Of a DNA stretch of 32,000 nucleotides, positions 23,145 to 30,156 are shown one piece after another. Source of the stretch: Planctomycetales bacterium (GTDB taxonomy: Bacteria; 4484-113; JAFGCY01); contig CP060262.1 in NCBI GenBank assembly GCA_022646745.1, positions 1,230,001 through 1,262,000 on the forward strand, in the 5' to 3' direction. The stretch's first letter is position 1; the number at the start of each line of letters is the position of its first letter. Below the pieces are notes generated by a model that did not search any database, was not told the origin of the DNA, and was given only the letters and a program-made list of their open reading frames with translations. A program made the translations under genes and the position numbers.

Positions 23145-24890
23145 ATGAGCAGATTCGCAATGATGCTGGCCGTGCTGGCGCTGCTGCCCGCGATGGCCCT
23201 TGCCAACGGCTACGACACCTACAGTGCACCGATCGCCTGGAGCCCGGACAGCCACGAGCTGTGCGTGGTGCAGGGCTACGACTGGCCCCAGCCGCAGGTT
23301 GCCAACGAAGGCAGCGTGCTGGTGTATGACCAGTACGGTCGGATCCAGTACGACCTCGGGACCTGGGATGCAGGCTCGCCGGCCTACAGCCCGGATGGGA
23401 AGTACCTCGCAGTGATTGCCAACGGACAGGCGCAGCTCTTCCTGCGCGACGGCTATGAGCCGCTTGCGCCGGTGGACCTCGAGGGCAGCGGGCTGGACCT
23501 GGCCTTCGTCGGCCAGCCGGGTGAGTACGAGCTGGCCTACAGTGTCGGGCCGCGCTTCTACGGGGCCAGCCTCGTGATCCAGCAGCCGGAGGGTGGCAAC
23601 GAGACCGAACTGCCAAAGCCCCTGCCCGGTGACAGCGCGATCAGCCTGCGGATGTGCCCGACGGACTGGCGGATGGCCTTCCTGCTGCAGAGCACGGCGG
23701 ACAACGGCCCGGCCTACGAGCGGATCTACGGTTTCGATGACAACGGCGAACCCTACCAGCTGACGAGGCCGCAGTTGCGCCCTGATGACTACCACGAAAG
23801 CAACATCTGCTTCATGCCCGATGGCAGCCTGCTGTTCCAGCGCGGCGGCTGGGGGGACTGGCACATCTTCCGGCTCGATCCGGCCAGCGGACGCGAGACC
23901 CTCGTTGTCCCGGATGCGCAGCAGCCCAGCGTCAGTGCGGACGGAAGGCTGATTGCGTTCACGCGGCGCAGCTATGCAGATAAGCAGAAGGTCGAATACG
24001 ACTGGGAGATCCCGCCCGGGGTCTGGGTGCGTGACCTGGCAACCGGCCAGGAGTGGCGCATCAGTGACAACGAGAATGAGGCGGAGCATCCGGTGATCTC
24101 ACCGGACGGGCGCAAGCTGGCCTGGCTGCAGCGCATGGAGACTGAGCCGCGCCTGATGGTGCGCAGCGTGATCGGCTTCACCGGCGTGCTCGAGAAGCTG
24201 GAGCAGGATGCCGATGACGACACGGTAATGTATGAAGACATCCAGATGGACGAGCCGCTGATTGACGACGAGCAGGACCCGGAACTGGGCGGGATTGACA
24301 GCACGGCTGAACACCTGTCCCCCAAGGCAATGGAGATCAGCTACGTCAAGTTCGAATGCACGAATGGCGACATCATCTTCGCCGTGCACCATGAGTGGAA
24401 CCCGCTGGCGGCGGAGCGCTTCATCACGCTTGTCAACAGCGGCTACTACGACGGCGCACCCTGGTTCCGGGTGATTGACGGTTTCGTGGCCCAGTGTGGC
24501 ATCAGTGCGGACCCGCGCATGAATGCGGAATGGGACGAGGCGACCTTCCCGGATGAGGAGGTGCTGGTTGGCAACACCCGCGGGATGGTGGCCTACGGCA
24601 AGACAGGCGACCCGGATTCGCGCACCACGCATATCTACATCAACTATGGCGACAACTCACGGCTGGACGAGAAGGGCTTCAGCGCATTCGCTGAGGTCTG
24701 GCAGGGAATGGACGTGGCCGACTCGCTGTTCCGCTGCGAGTATGACGACCAGGAAGGGTTGGCGGCGGAGGGCGGCCTGGCCAAATTCCGTGAGATGTTC
24801 CCCGAGGCGGATTTCATTGAGCTGGCCTATGTGATGGAGGGCGATCCACCGGCCTACCAGCCTGTGCTGGAGCCGGAATCGATGGAATAA
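23145..24890 (+). CDS. exported fusion protein: TolB-like (PD40) beta-propeller plus C-terminal cyclophilin-type peptidyl-prolyl isomerase
   Basis: Signal MSRFAMMLAVLALLPAMALA. PD40-like repeats: SPDGKYLAV, MPDGSLLF, SADGRLIAFT, SPDGRKLAW. The C-terminal ~170 aa match the cyclophilin signature (NPLAAERFITLVNSGYYDGAPWFRVIDGFVAQCG ... RGMVAYGKTGDPDSRTTHIYINYGDNSRLD ... FAEVWQGMDV). Confidence 0.8.
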   Translation: MSRFAMMLAVLALLPAMALANGYDTYSAPIAWSPDSHELCVVQGYDWPQPQVANEGSVLVYDQYGRIQYDLGTWDAGSPAYSPDGKYLAVIANGQAQLFLRDGYEPLAPVDLEGSGLDLAFVGQPGEYELAYSVGPRFYGASLVIQQPEGGNETELPKPLPGDSAISLRMCPTDWRMAFLLQSTADNGPAYERIYGFDDNGEPYQLTRPQLRPDDYHESNICFMPDGSLLFQRGGWGDWHIFRLDPASGRETLVVPDAQQPSVSADGRLIAFTRRSYADKQKVEYDWEIPPGVWVRDLATGQEWRISDNENEAEHPVISPDGRKLAWLQRMETEPRLMVRSVIGFTGVLEKLEQDADDDTVMYEDIQMDEPLIDDEQDPELGGIDSTAEHLSPKAMEISYVKFECTNGDIIFAVHHEWNPLAAERFITLVNSGYYDGAPWFRVIDGFVAQCGISADPRMNAEWDEATFPDEEVLVGNTRGMVAYGKTGDPDSRTTHIYINYGDNSRLDEKGFSAFAEVWQGMDVADSLFRCEYDDQEGLAAEGGLAKFREMFPEADFIELAYVMEGDPPAYQPVLEPESME

Positions 24891-24912
24891 AGCATTCACC
24901 TAAACATATGTA

Positions 24913-24934
24913 GGGATTTAAGCGCTTAAATCCC
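24913..24934. promoter_or_regulatory. perfect 22-bp palindrome GGGATTTAAGC|GCTTAAATCCC
   Basis: Read directly. It lies 22 nt after the PPIase-fusion stop codon and 23 nt upstream of the -35 of the Cys-rich gene promoter. There is no U-tract. Confidence 0.5.
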
Positions 24935-24957
24935 ACTGCTGAAGCGGGCTGAGCTGC

Positions 24958-24986
24958 TTGTCGCTCCATGGCTCGCATTGTATAAT
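24958..24986 (+). promoter_or_regulatory. sigma70-type promoter TTGTCG-N17-TATAAT for the first Cys-repeat gene
   Basis: TTGTCG at 24958-24963, a 17-nt spacer, then TATAAT at 24981-24986. SD ggag lies 7 nt before the ATG at 25021. Confidence 0.5.
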
Positions 24987-25020
24987 TTTCGACACCTATT
25001 ACGAATCAGCGGAGCAACTG

Positions 25021-25716
25021 ATGAGGAAAGTGATCTTCGCCGCGATGATCGTGGCGGCACTGACGGTATTTGCAGGGGGCACTTCCACAGCCTGGGCAGG
25101 TTGTGGCTGCAAGGATAAGTGCGGATGCTCCCAGAAGGCTGACTGCGGCTGCAAGGACAAGTGTGGCTGTGAGAAGCCGAAGTGCGGCAAGTGCGAAAGC
25201 AAGTGTGGCTGCGAGAAGCCCAAGTGCAACAAGTGCGAGAGCAAGTGCGGCTGCAGCAAGCCCAAGTGCAACAAATGCGAGAACAAGTGCGGCTGTGAGT
25301 CCAAGTCCAAGTGCGGTTGCTCCAGCGGCTGTGACTGCTGCGTCCAGAAGGTCGCGCAGAACCACCATCCCTACGAATGCCAGTACCGTGGCAGCAGCAT
25401 GGTCTGCGACATGGGCTGCTGCAGCGGCCCGATCTGCATCCCCAAGTGCGAGGTCTGCACGACCACCTGCACCAAGAAGGAATGCACCGACAGCTGCGGC
25501 TGCTCCCATGTGACCTGGGAAAGCCACACCACCTGCGGAGCTCCCGAGCGTCCGCGCACCATCCCCTGGTGGTTCAACATCGAGGCCGGCACCGGCAATA
25601 TCTACCTTGAGGGTGATGAGAAGTGGGAAAGCGCCAGCGAGGAAGGCGGTGAGGAGATGGCTTCCGCCGAGAAGAGCAGCGAAAAGTCTGAAACCGTTGA
25701 GTCCAGCGAAGCTTAA
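25021..25716 (+). CDS. exported cysteine-repeat protein (KCGC repeats, metallothionein-like), acidic C-terminal tail
   Basis: The ORF track gives 24958-25716. The Met at 25021 has an SD and starts the signal MRKVIFAAMIVAALTVFAGGTSTAWA. I count about 37 Cys, 25 of them within an ~81-aa block of the form GCGCKDKCGC...KCGCEKPKC(G/N)KCESKCGC... Confidence 0.75.
   Translation: MRKVIFAAMIVAALTVFAGGTSTAWAGCGCKDKCGCSQKADCGCKDKCGCEKPKCGKCESKCGCEKPKCNKCESKCGCSKPKCNKCENKCGCESKSKCGCSSGCDCCVQKVAQNHHPYECQYRGSSMVCDMGCCSGPICIPKCEVCTTTCTKKECTDSCGCSHVTWESHTTCGAPERPRTIPWWFNIEAGTGNIYLEGDEKWESASEEGGEEMASAEKSSEKSETVESSEA
25159..25284 (+). repeat. in-frame 42-bp tandem repeat x3 (KCGC[ES]KPKC[GN]KCE[SN])
   Basis: Units at 25159-25200, 25201-25242 and 25243-25284, with degenerate Cys-rich units on both sides. 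Confidence 0.8.
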
Positions 25717-25790
25717 GCCTGGCGCGCCGGATATCGATAAGTAGCAAGGCAAAGAAACATACAGACGGAGAAATCCGGGAGGGTTAGAAG

Positions 25791-26309
25791 ATGAAGAAGT
25801 TTGTGATCAGCAGCTTCCTGGCAGCGGTGGCGGTTTTCGCCCTGCTCGGTTCCGCTTCCGCAAGCACTGTTTCCAGCGCGGTTGACAATGCCATCGTGGC
25901 CGTCAACATGCAGGTCGGTGCCGTCAGCTTTGACGTTGCCCACTGTGGCAAGTGCGGCATGGAAGGCGAGCACGCTGCCAAGGCTGACATGAAGATGGAC
26001 CACGGCGCCAACTGCGGCTGTGGCTGCAAGAGCAAGTGCGGCTGCTCCAAGCCCAAGTGTGGCTGTGAGAAGAAGTGCGGTTGCTCCAAGCCCAAGTGCG
26101 GTTGCGAGAAGAAGTGCGGCTGCTCCAAGCCCAAGTGCGGTTGCGAGAAGAAGTGCGGCTGCGAGAAGCCGAAGTGCGGCTGTGAGAAGAAGTGCGGCTG
26201 CAAGGACAAGTGCGAGTGCTGCCCCAAGAAGGTTGAGAACTACCCCGATGCCAACCGTGGCGCCGAGGGTGAGTGGGCCCGCGATGGCCTCAGCCGCCAG
26301 AAGGCGTAG
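25791..26309 (+). CDS. exported cysteine-repeat protein 2 (KCGCSKPKCGCEK repeats, metallothionein-like)
   Basis: SD gggaggg upstream. Signal MKKFVISSFLAAVAVFALLGSASA. 26 Cys in 172 aa. Differences between repeat units fall on third codon positions of this frame. Confidence 0.8.
   Translation: MKKFVISSFLAAVAVFALLGSASASTVSSAVDNAIVAVNMQVGAVSFDVAHCGKCGMEGEHAAKADMKMDHGANCGCGCKSKCGCSKPKCGCEKKCGCSKPKCGCEKKCGCSKPKCGCEKKCGCEKPKCGCEKKCGCKDKCECCPKKVENYPDANRGAEGEWARDGLSRQKA
26034..26222 (+). repeat. in-frame 39-bp tandem repeat, 4 full units plus a partial fifth
   Basis: Units at 26034-26072, 26073-26111, 26112-26150 and 26151-26189, plus a partial unit at 26190-26222. Units 1-3 differ only by ggc/ggt and tgt/tgc synonymous changes. 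Confidence 0.85.
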
Positions 26310-26335
26310 TCGCTGACCAGCATCGACTGAATAGG

Positions 26336-26365
26336 GCGGCCGGGGAATCCCCGGTCGCCTTTTCC
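26336..26365 (+). terminator. Rho-independent terminator after the second Cys-repeat gene
   Basis: The stem GCGGCCGGGG (26336-26345) pairs with CCCCGGTCGC (26349-26358), 10 bp including one G-U, with loop AAT. It is followed by CTTTTCC. Confidence 0.6.
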
Positions 26366-26460
26366 ATATCAGGGGGATCGCAAGGGTCAGTCCCCCGGCC
26401 AGTCCGGGGGAATCACAGGGTCCGTGCAGTCGGACAGACCAGATCTCACAGGGACGAGAG

Positions 26461-26865
26461 ATGACGAGGCTAACTGAAATAGAGCAGATCGGCAGCAGCT
26501 ACGTTGACAGGCTGGAGGATGCCGGAGTGGAGACAGTCGAAGCCCTGCTGGCAGCCTGCCGCACCGCGGCCGGCCGCATCGAGCTCGGCCGGCGCACCGG
26601 GATCAGCGAGAACCTGCTGCTGGGCTGGGCCCAGCGCGCGGAGCTGGAGACCATCGACAATCTGTCCGAGGAATTCGCGGACCTGATCGAGGCGGCGGGT
26701 GTCGGCGGCCTGCAGCAGCTGGCGGAATTTGACGAAGCGGAACTGCTGGAACTGCTGGAGCGCAGCAATGAACGCAGCCAGATCGTCATCGAACTGCCGG
26801 ACCCCTACCAGGTCTCTGACTGGATCAGCCAGGCGAAGTCGTTGCCAAGGCTGATTGAGTACTAG
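26461..26865 (+). CDS. DUF4332-like (tandem helix-hairpin-helix-like) protein
   Basis: 134 aa. Two halves resemble DUF4332 as I remember it: LTEIEQIGSSYVDRLEDAGVETVEALL and ELETIDNLSEEFADLIEAAGVGGLQQLAEF. Confidence 0.55.
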   Translation: MTRLTEIEQIGSSYVDRLEDAGVETVEALLAACRTAAGRIELGRRTGISENLLLGWAQRAELETIDNLSEEFADLIEAAGVGGLQQLAEFDEAELLELLERSNERSQIVIELPDPYQVSDWISQAKSLPRLIEY

Positions 26866-26885
26866 CCCCCAAAGGCCCGACAGGA

Positions 26886-26891
26886 TAGAAT
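26886..26891 (+). promoter_or_regulatory. -10 hexamer TAGAAT exactly 6 nt upstream of the ATG (leaderless-type)
   Basis: aggaTAGAATctagccATG with no SD, in a 32-nt intergenic gap. Confidence 0.45.
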
Positions 26892-26897
26892 CTAGCC

Positions 26898-27653
26898 ATG
26901 CCTACGACAGGCTGGGGATCAGACGGGGGATGGCCTTATTCCGGGCGCAACGCTCCCCGGCGGCGCGGTGAGGAGAAGTGCCCGAAGTGCCGCAAGCACA
27001 TGGAGGTCTACCTGACCTACCTGAAGTGCCCGGGCTGCGGCCGTGTCATCCGCAGGGCCAGTACCGTGCAGCGCGAGCGCACCAACCTGGAGAACCAGCA
27101 GCTGCCCGGCTTCATCAAGCGCATGCGGGAATCCATGCTTGCTCCAGCCAGGGTTTCCTCCACCCCAAGTTCCTCGGAATTCATGGACCTTGAGCTGACT
27201 GGCAGCCTGGCAATCGAGCGTTTGGCGATGTGGGTGCTGCTGGCACTGGCAATCATCTACTACTACCTGCCGACCATGCTGGTGGCGGATCCGCAGCCAT
27301 TGTCCTACACCTGGGGCAACCCGGGCCTGTTCTACTGGTTGCCAATGCTGTTGTGCGCGGCTGCAGTTGCCGCCGTTCTGCACAACAGCGCACAGTTCCG
27401 CCGGAGCCTGATGCTGGCCTGCGGGATCGCCGCACTGGCCTGCCTGGCAATCGCACTGGCCGGCTACCGTGGATTCGCGTCAGAGCTGTTCGCCGTGTAT
27501 CCGCACGTCGAGCGCATCATGCTGCTGGGCCGGCGTTCGTTTGTCCTGCTATCCGCGCCTGGTGGCTGGGTCTGGCTGTGCCTGAATGGCGGCCTGTGGG
27601 CCCTGTGCTGCTGGCACATCTTCCATGAGGACCGCCAGCTCGGCCGGATCTGA
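26898..27653 (+). CDS. membrane protein with N-terminal zinc ribbon
   Basis: CPKC...(14 aa)...CPGC is a CxxC-Nx-CxxC ribbon. It is followed by several hydrophobic helices (WVLLALAIIYYYL, LFYWLPMLLCAAAVAAVL, LACGIAALACLAIALAG, WVWLCLNGGLWALCCW). Confidence 0.6.
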   Translation: MPTTGWGSDGGWPYSGRNAPRRRGEEKCPKCRKHMEVYLTYLKCPGCGRVIRRASTVQRERTNLENQQLPGFIKRMRESMLAPARVSSTPSSSEFMDLELTGSLAIERLAMWVLLALAIIYYYLPTMLVADPQPLSYTWGNPGLFYWLPMLLCAAAVAAVLHNSAQFRRSLMLACGIAALACLAIALAGYRGFASELFAVYPHVERIMLLGRRSFVLLSAPGGWVWLCLNGGLWALCCWHIFHEDRQLGRI

Positions 27654-27658
27654 GCAAT

Positions 27659-28633
27659 CTACTCCGGCTTCATCCGCTGCTCATCCAGCAGGTAGTGCAG
27701 GAAGGACTTCAGTGCCTCACGGAACTCGATCTTAGATTCACCGAGCAGTGGCTGCAGGTCGGGGCTCGGATCGCGGATCATCTCCAGCAGGATGTGCGCC
27801 GTCAGCAGTTCACGCTGGCGCAGCTGGTGCTGCAGCTCCTGGGCACGGTCCAGCAACAGCTGGCAGTTGTCGCTGATGCCCTGGTTGTCAACCTGCTCGA
27901 CAGGCAGCTCCTGCAGCAGGCCCTCCAGCGCCAGGATGGTCCCTTCGTTGTCATAGCCCAGGTCCTGCAGGATCCGGTAGGCGCTGGAATCAACCCTCCT
28001 GAGCATTGCCAGGAACAGGTGCAGCGGCTCAAGCGTGGAGCTGCCGGCATTGAAGCAGATGTACGCCGCCCTGGCGAACACCTTCTGGCAATGCTGGGAC
28101 ATCACGAAGTCCGACAGCCGGACCGGGTAGCTGACCTTGTCAGGTGGAGTGCTGCGCCGGGGCTCCTCCTTGCCATTTGCGCTTTCCTCGCTGTACCCCT
28201 TCAGGTGCGTCATGAACATGTCGCGGATCCGCTTCTGGTCGAGGGCATGCTCAGCGAACAGGCTTCGCAGGAACTGGCCGCGTTCCTGTGAGAGTGAGAT
28301 CAGCAAATGCGTGGTGCCGATCTCCCGGTGGTGATGGCGCTTCACTTCCTTGAATGCCAGGTCCAGCAGGGCCAGGGTGCGGGTGGAGAATGAAGCGCTG
28401 CCGCTGTACTTGCCGGAATGCTCATACAGGTAGGCTTCCATGCTGTATGTGATCTTGGGCATGTTGACGCTGAGTTCGTGCATCACCTGCACTGCTGAGC
28501 TGGAACGCAGGTTGAGGATGGAATAGAAGATGTGCTCCGGTTCGAGGTACTGGTTACCGAACTGGGCGCAGATCTCGCTGGCCCGATAGAGCGCCTTCTT
28601 TGCACTGAAACTGAAGAAGTTGTAGAAGTCCAT
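27659..28633 (-). CDS. stand-alone Clp N-terminal (Clp R) domain protein, four Clp_N repeats
   Basis: 324 aa with repeats of the type FS.SAKKALYRASEICAQFGNQYLEPEHIFYSIL and ...REIGTTHLLISL, ...LEPLHLFLAML, ...LLTAHILLEMI. There is no AAA+ module. SD gggagg upstream. Confidence 0.7.
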   Translation of the reverse strand: MDFYNFFSFSAKKALYRASEICAQFGNQYLEPEHIFYSILNLRSSSAVQVMHELSVNMPKITYSMEAYLYEHSGKYSGSASFSTRTLALLDLAFKEVKRHHHREIGTTHLLISLSQERGQFLRSLFAEHALDQKRIRDMFMTHLKGYSEESANGKEEPRRSTPPDKVSYPVRLSDFVMSQHCQKVFARAAYICFNAGSSTLEPLHLFLAMLRRVDSSAYRILQDLGYDNEGTILALEGLLQELPVEQVDNQGISDNCQLLLDRAQELQHQLRQRELLTAHILLEMIRDPSPDLQPLLGESKIEFREALKSFLHYLLDEQRMKPE

Positions 28634-28654
28634 GCCCGCCTCCCGCTACCAATC

Positions 28655-28682
28655 ATTATTACCTGTGTACTTTCCTCGTCAA
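28655..28682 (-). promoter_or_regulatory. sigma70-type promoter TTGACG-N16-AATAAT for the Clp_N gene
   Basis: The minus strand reads TTGACG (28682-28677), a 16-nt spacer, then AATAAT (28660-28655). Confidence 0.45.
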
Positions 28683-28737
28683 TCTAGTACAAACATTGCA
28701 GAGGTGAACCTGCCTGCCTGTCACGAGTCCAACCCGC

Positions 28738-29148
28738 ATGCTGGGCGTGCCCCTCTATCCGGAGTACATCATGGCGTGGCTATTGTTCCTGCCATACCTG
28801 ATCTGGCGCATATGCCCACCGGAACAGCTTGACCTCGACGGGGTGTTTGATATCCTACAGGCCAGCATTTCCGTAATTCTCCTGTACGGTGTGATTGGCA
28901 TCCTGCTGCTTTATCTGTTCCTGCCTACGTGTTCCAGGGCGAGGATTGGTGACATTGACCCCGGCCCGCTGCCAGTGTCATGCATATCCGCGGCGCTGGC
29001 AATGCACCTTGCCACAGGCTACTTCCTCAGGCCCCCGGAGAATACGAGGAAGCAGCTGGCCATTGCTGGATTCCTCTGGGGTGCCTTTCCCTGGTTCCCG
29101 TATCTCGCCTCCTGCATCATGTATCCCAACCCACTGGACATCCCCTGA
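28738..29148 (+). CDS. small hypothetical integral membrane protein
   Basis: 136-aa ORF with about 4 hydrophobic segments. An alternative start at 28771 (MAWLLFLPYLIW) has SD ggag 7 nt upstream and may be the real one. Confidence 0.5.
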   Translation: MLGVPLYPEYIMAWLLFLPYLIWRICPPEQLDLDGVFDILQASISVILLYGVIGILLLYLFLPTCSRARIGDIDPGPLPVSCISAALAMHLATGYFLRPPENTRKQLAIAGFLWGAFPWFPYLASCIMYPNPLDIP

Positions 29149-29166
29149 CCATATAATTGGCATTCC

Positions 29167-30084
29167 ATGAATCTCGGCTATGCCTACATGCTGGCGCGTG
29201 TGATCGGCATGGGCCTCGAGCGCCCGCTGGTCAAGCGGCTCGGTGTGGAGCGGGACAGCGTTGCCACTGTTGTGCTTTATGTCGGGGCGGGCGAGCTGAT
29301 GTTCCTCGCCGTACTGGCCTGGCAGTACATGCAGGACCCGGCCCTTGCTGCCAACCTGCTTAGCTGGCTGCCACTCGCCGTCATCCCCGGACTGCTGAAC
29401 GCGGCCTGCTTCTTCGCCTTCATCGCCGCGATGCGCGTGGGCGAGGTCAGCCTGCTGACCCCGTTGTTCGCCTCCTGCTTCGTGCTGATGTACGCCATCG
29501 ACGTGGCGGCCGGCTTCGCCCAGCTGGCGCTGCTGCCGCTGGCGGGTGTACTGCTGGTGACAGCCGGAGTGGCATTCCTCACGCCTGCACCTGTCGTGCT
29601 GGAGGGCCGGATCAGTTTCTGGCAACGCTATGACCCGCGCTGGCTGCTGCGCCAGCCGGGGGCGGTGCTGATGCTCATCAATGCCACGGCATTCGCGCTG
29701 GTGCGCTTCTTTGACCGCACGATGGCACCCGAGGCCCATGCCGTGCTGTATGCGCTAGTTGTCAACCTGCCGACGGTGCTGATCGGGCTTGTGCTGCTGG
29801 CCATCGGCAACGCAAAGGGCCGGCCTTCATCGCTGGCAGCCTTAGGTGCACTGGCCCGCGATCGCTGGGGCATCCTGCTCGTGCTTACAATCTTCGGGCA
29901 GGGGGCTTTCCTGATGCTCCTGTATGCCCTCGACTACTTCCCACCCAGTGTGATCGAACCCGTTACCCAGCTCGGGGTGTTCATTGCGATCGCACTCGGT
30001 GGCCTATGGTTCGGTGAACAGACCCGGGCCCGCTGGTTGCCTTCCGCAATGGTGGTGGCCGGAGCTGCCATGCTGCTTGCCTGA
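29167..30084 (+). CDS. EamA/DMT-superfamily transporter-like membrane protein
   Basis: 305 aa with about 10 hydrophobic helices in a two-halves arrangement typical of EamA. TATAAT at 29152-29157 lies 9 nt upstream of the ATG. Confidence 0.55.
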   Translation: MNLGYAYMLARVIGMGLERPLVKRLGVERDSVATVVLYVGAGELMFLAVLAWQYMQDPALAANLLSWLPLAVIPGLLNAACFFAFIAAMRVGEVSLLTPLFASCFVLMYAIDVAAGFAQLALLPLAGVLLVTAGVAFLTPAPVVLEGRISFWQRYDPRWLLRQPGAVLMLINATAFALVRFFDRTMAPEAHAVLYALVVNLPTVLIGLVLLAIGNAKGRPSSLAALGALARDRWGILLVLTIFGQGAFLMLLYALDYFPPSVIEPVTQLGVFIAIALGGLWFGEQTRARWLPSAMVVAGAAMLLA

Positions 30085-30156
30085 AATGGCAGATCTGGCC
30101 TAAAATCAGGACAGGGAGTGTCGCATTGCGGCACAAGAGGAAGAACGGAGGCGCAC

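Noticed and set aside
22256-24089. Minus-strand ORFs of 316 aa (22256-23206) and 354 aa (23025-24089) antisense to the lipoprotein and the TolB/PPIase genes.
   Set aside because: They have no recognisable motifs or translation signals. The plus-strand products have a signal peptide, PD40 repeats and a full cyclophilin signature.
25159-26222. Possibility that the 39/42-bp tandem repeats are a CRISPR array.
   Set aside because: The repeats are directly adjacent with no spacers. They are in frame, sit inside ORFs with signal peptides, and vary only at synonymous positions.
25006-26227. Minus-strand ORFs (25006-25752, 248 aa; 25784-26227, 147 aa) and off-frame plus-strand ORFs (25070-25513, 26020-26316) over the Cys-repeat genes.
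   Set aside because: They are by-products of the GC-rich tandem repeats, giving Ala/Leu-rich or Pro/His/Phe-rich nonsense. The chosen frames have a promoter, an SD, signal peptides and third-position-only repeat variation.
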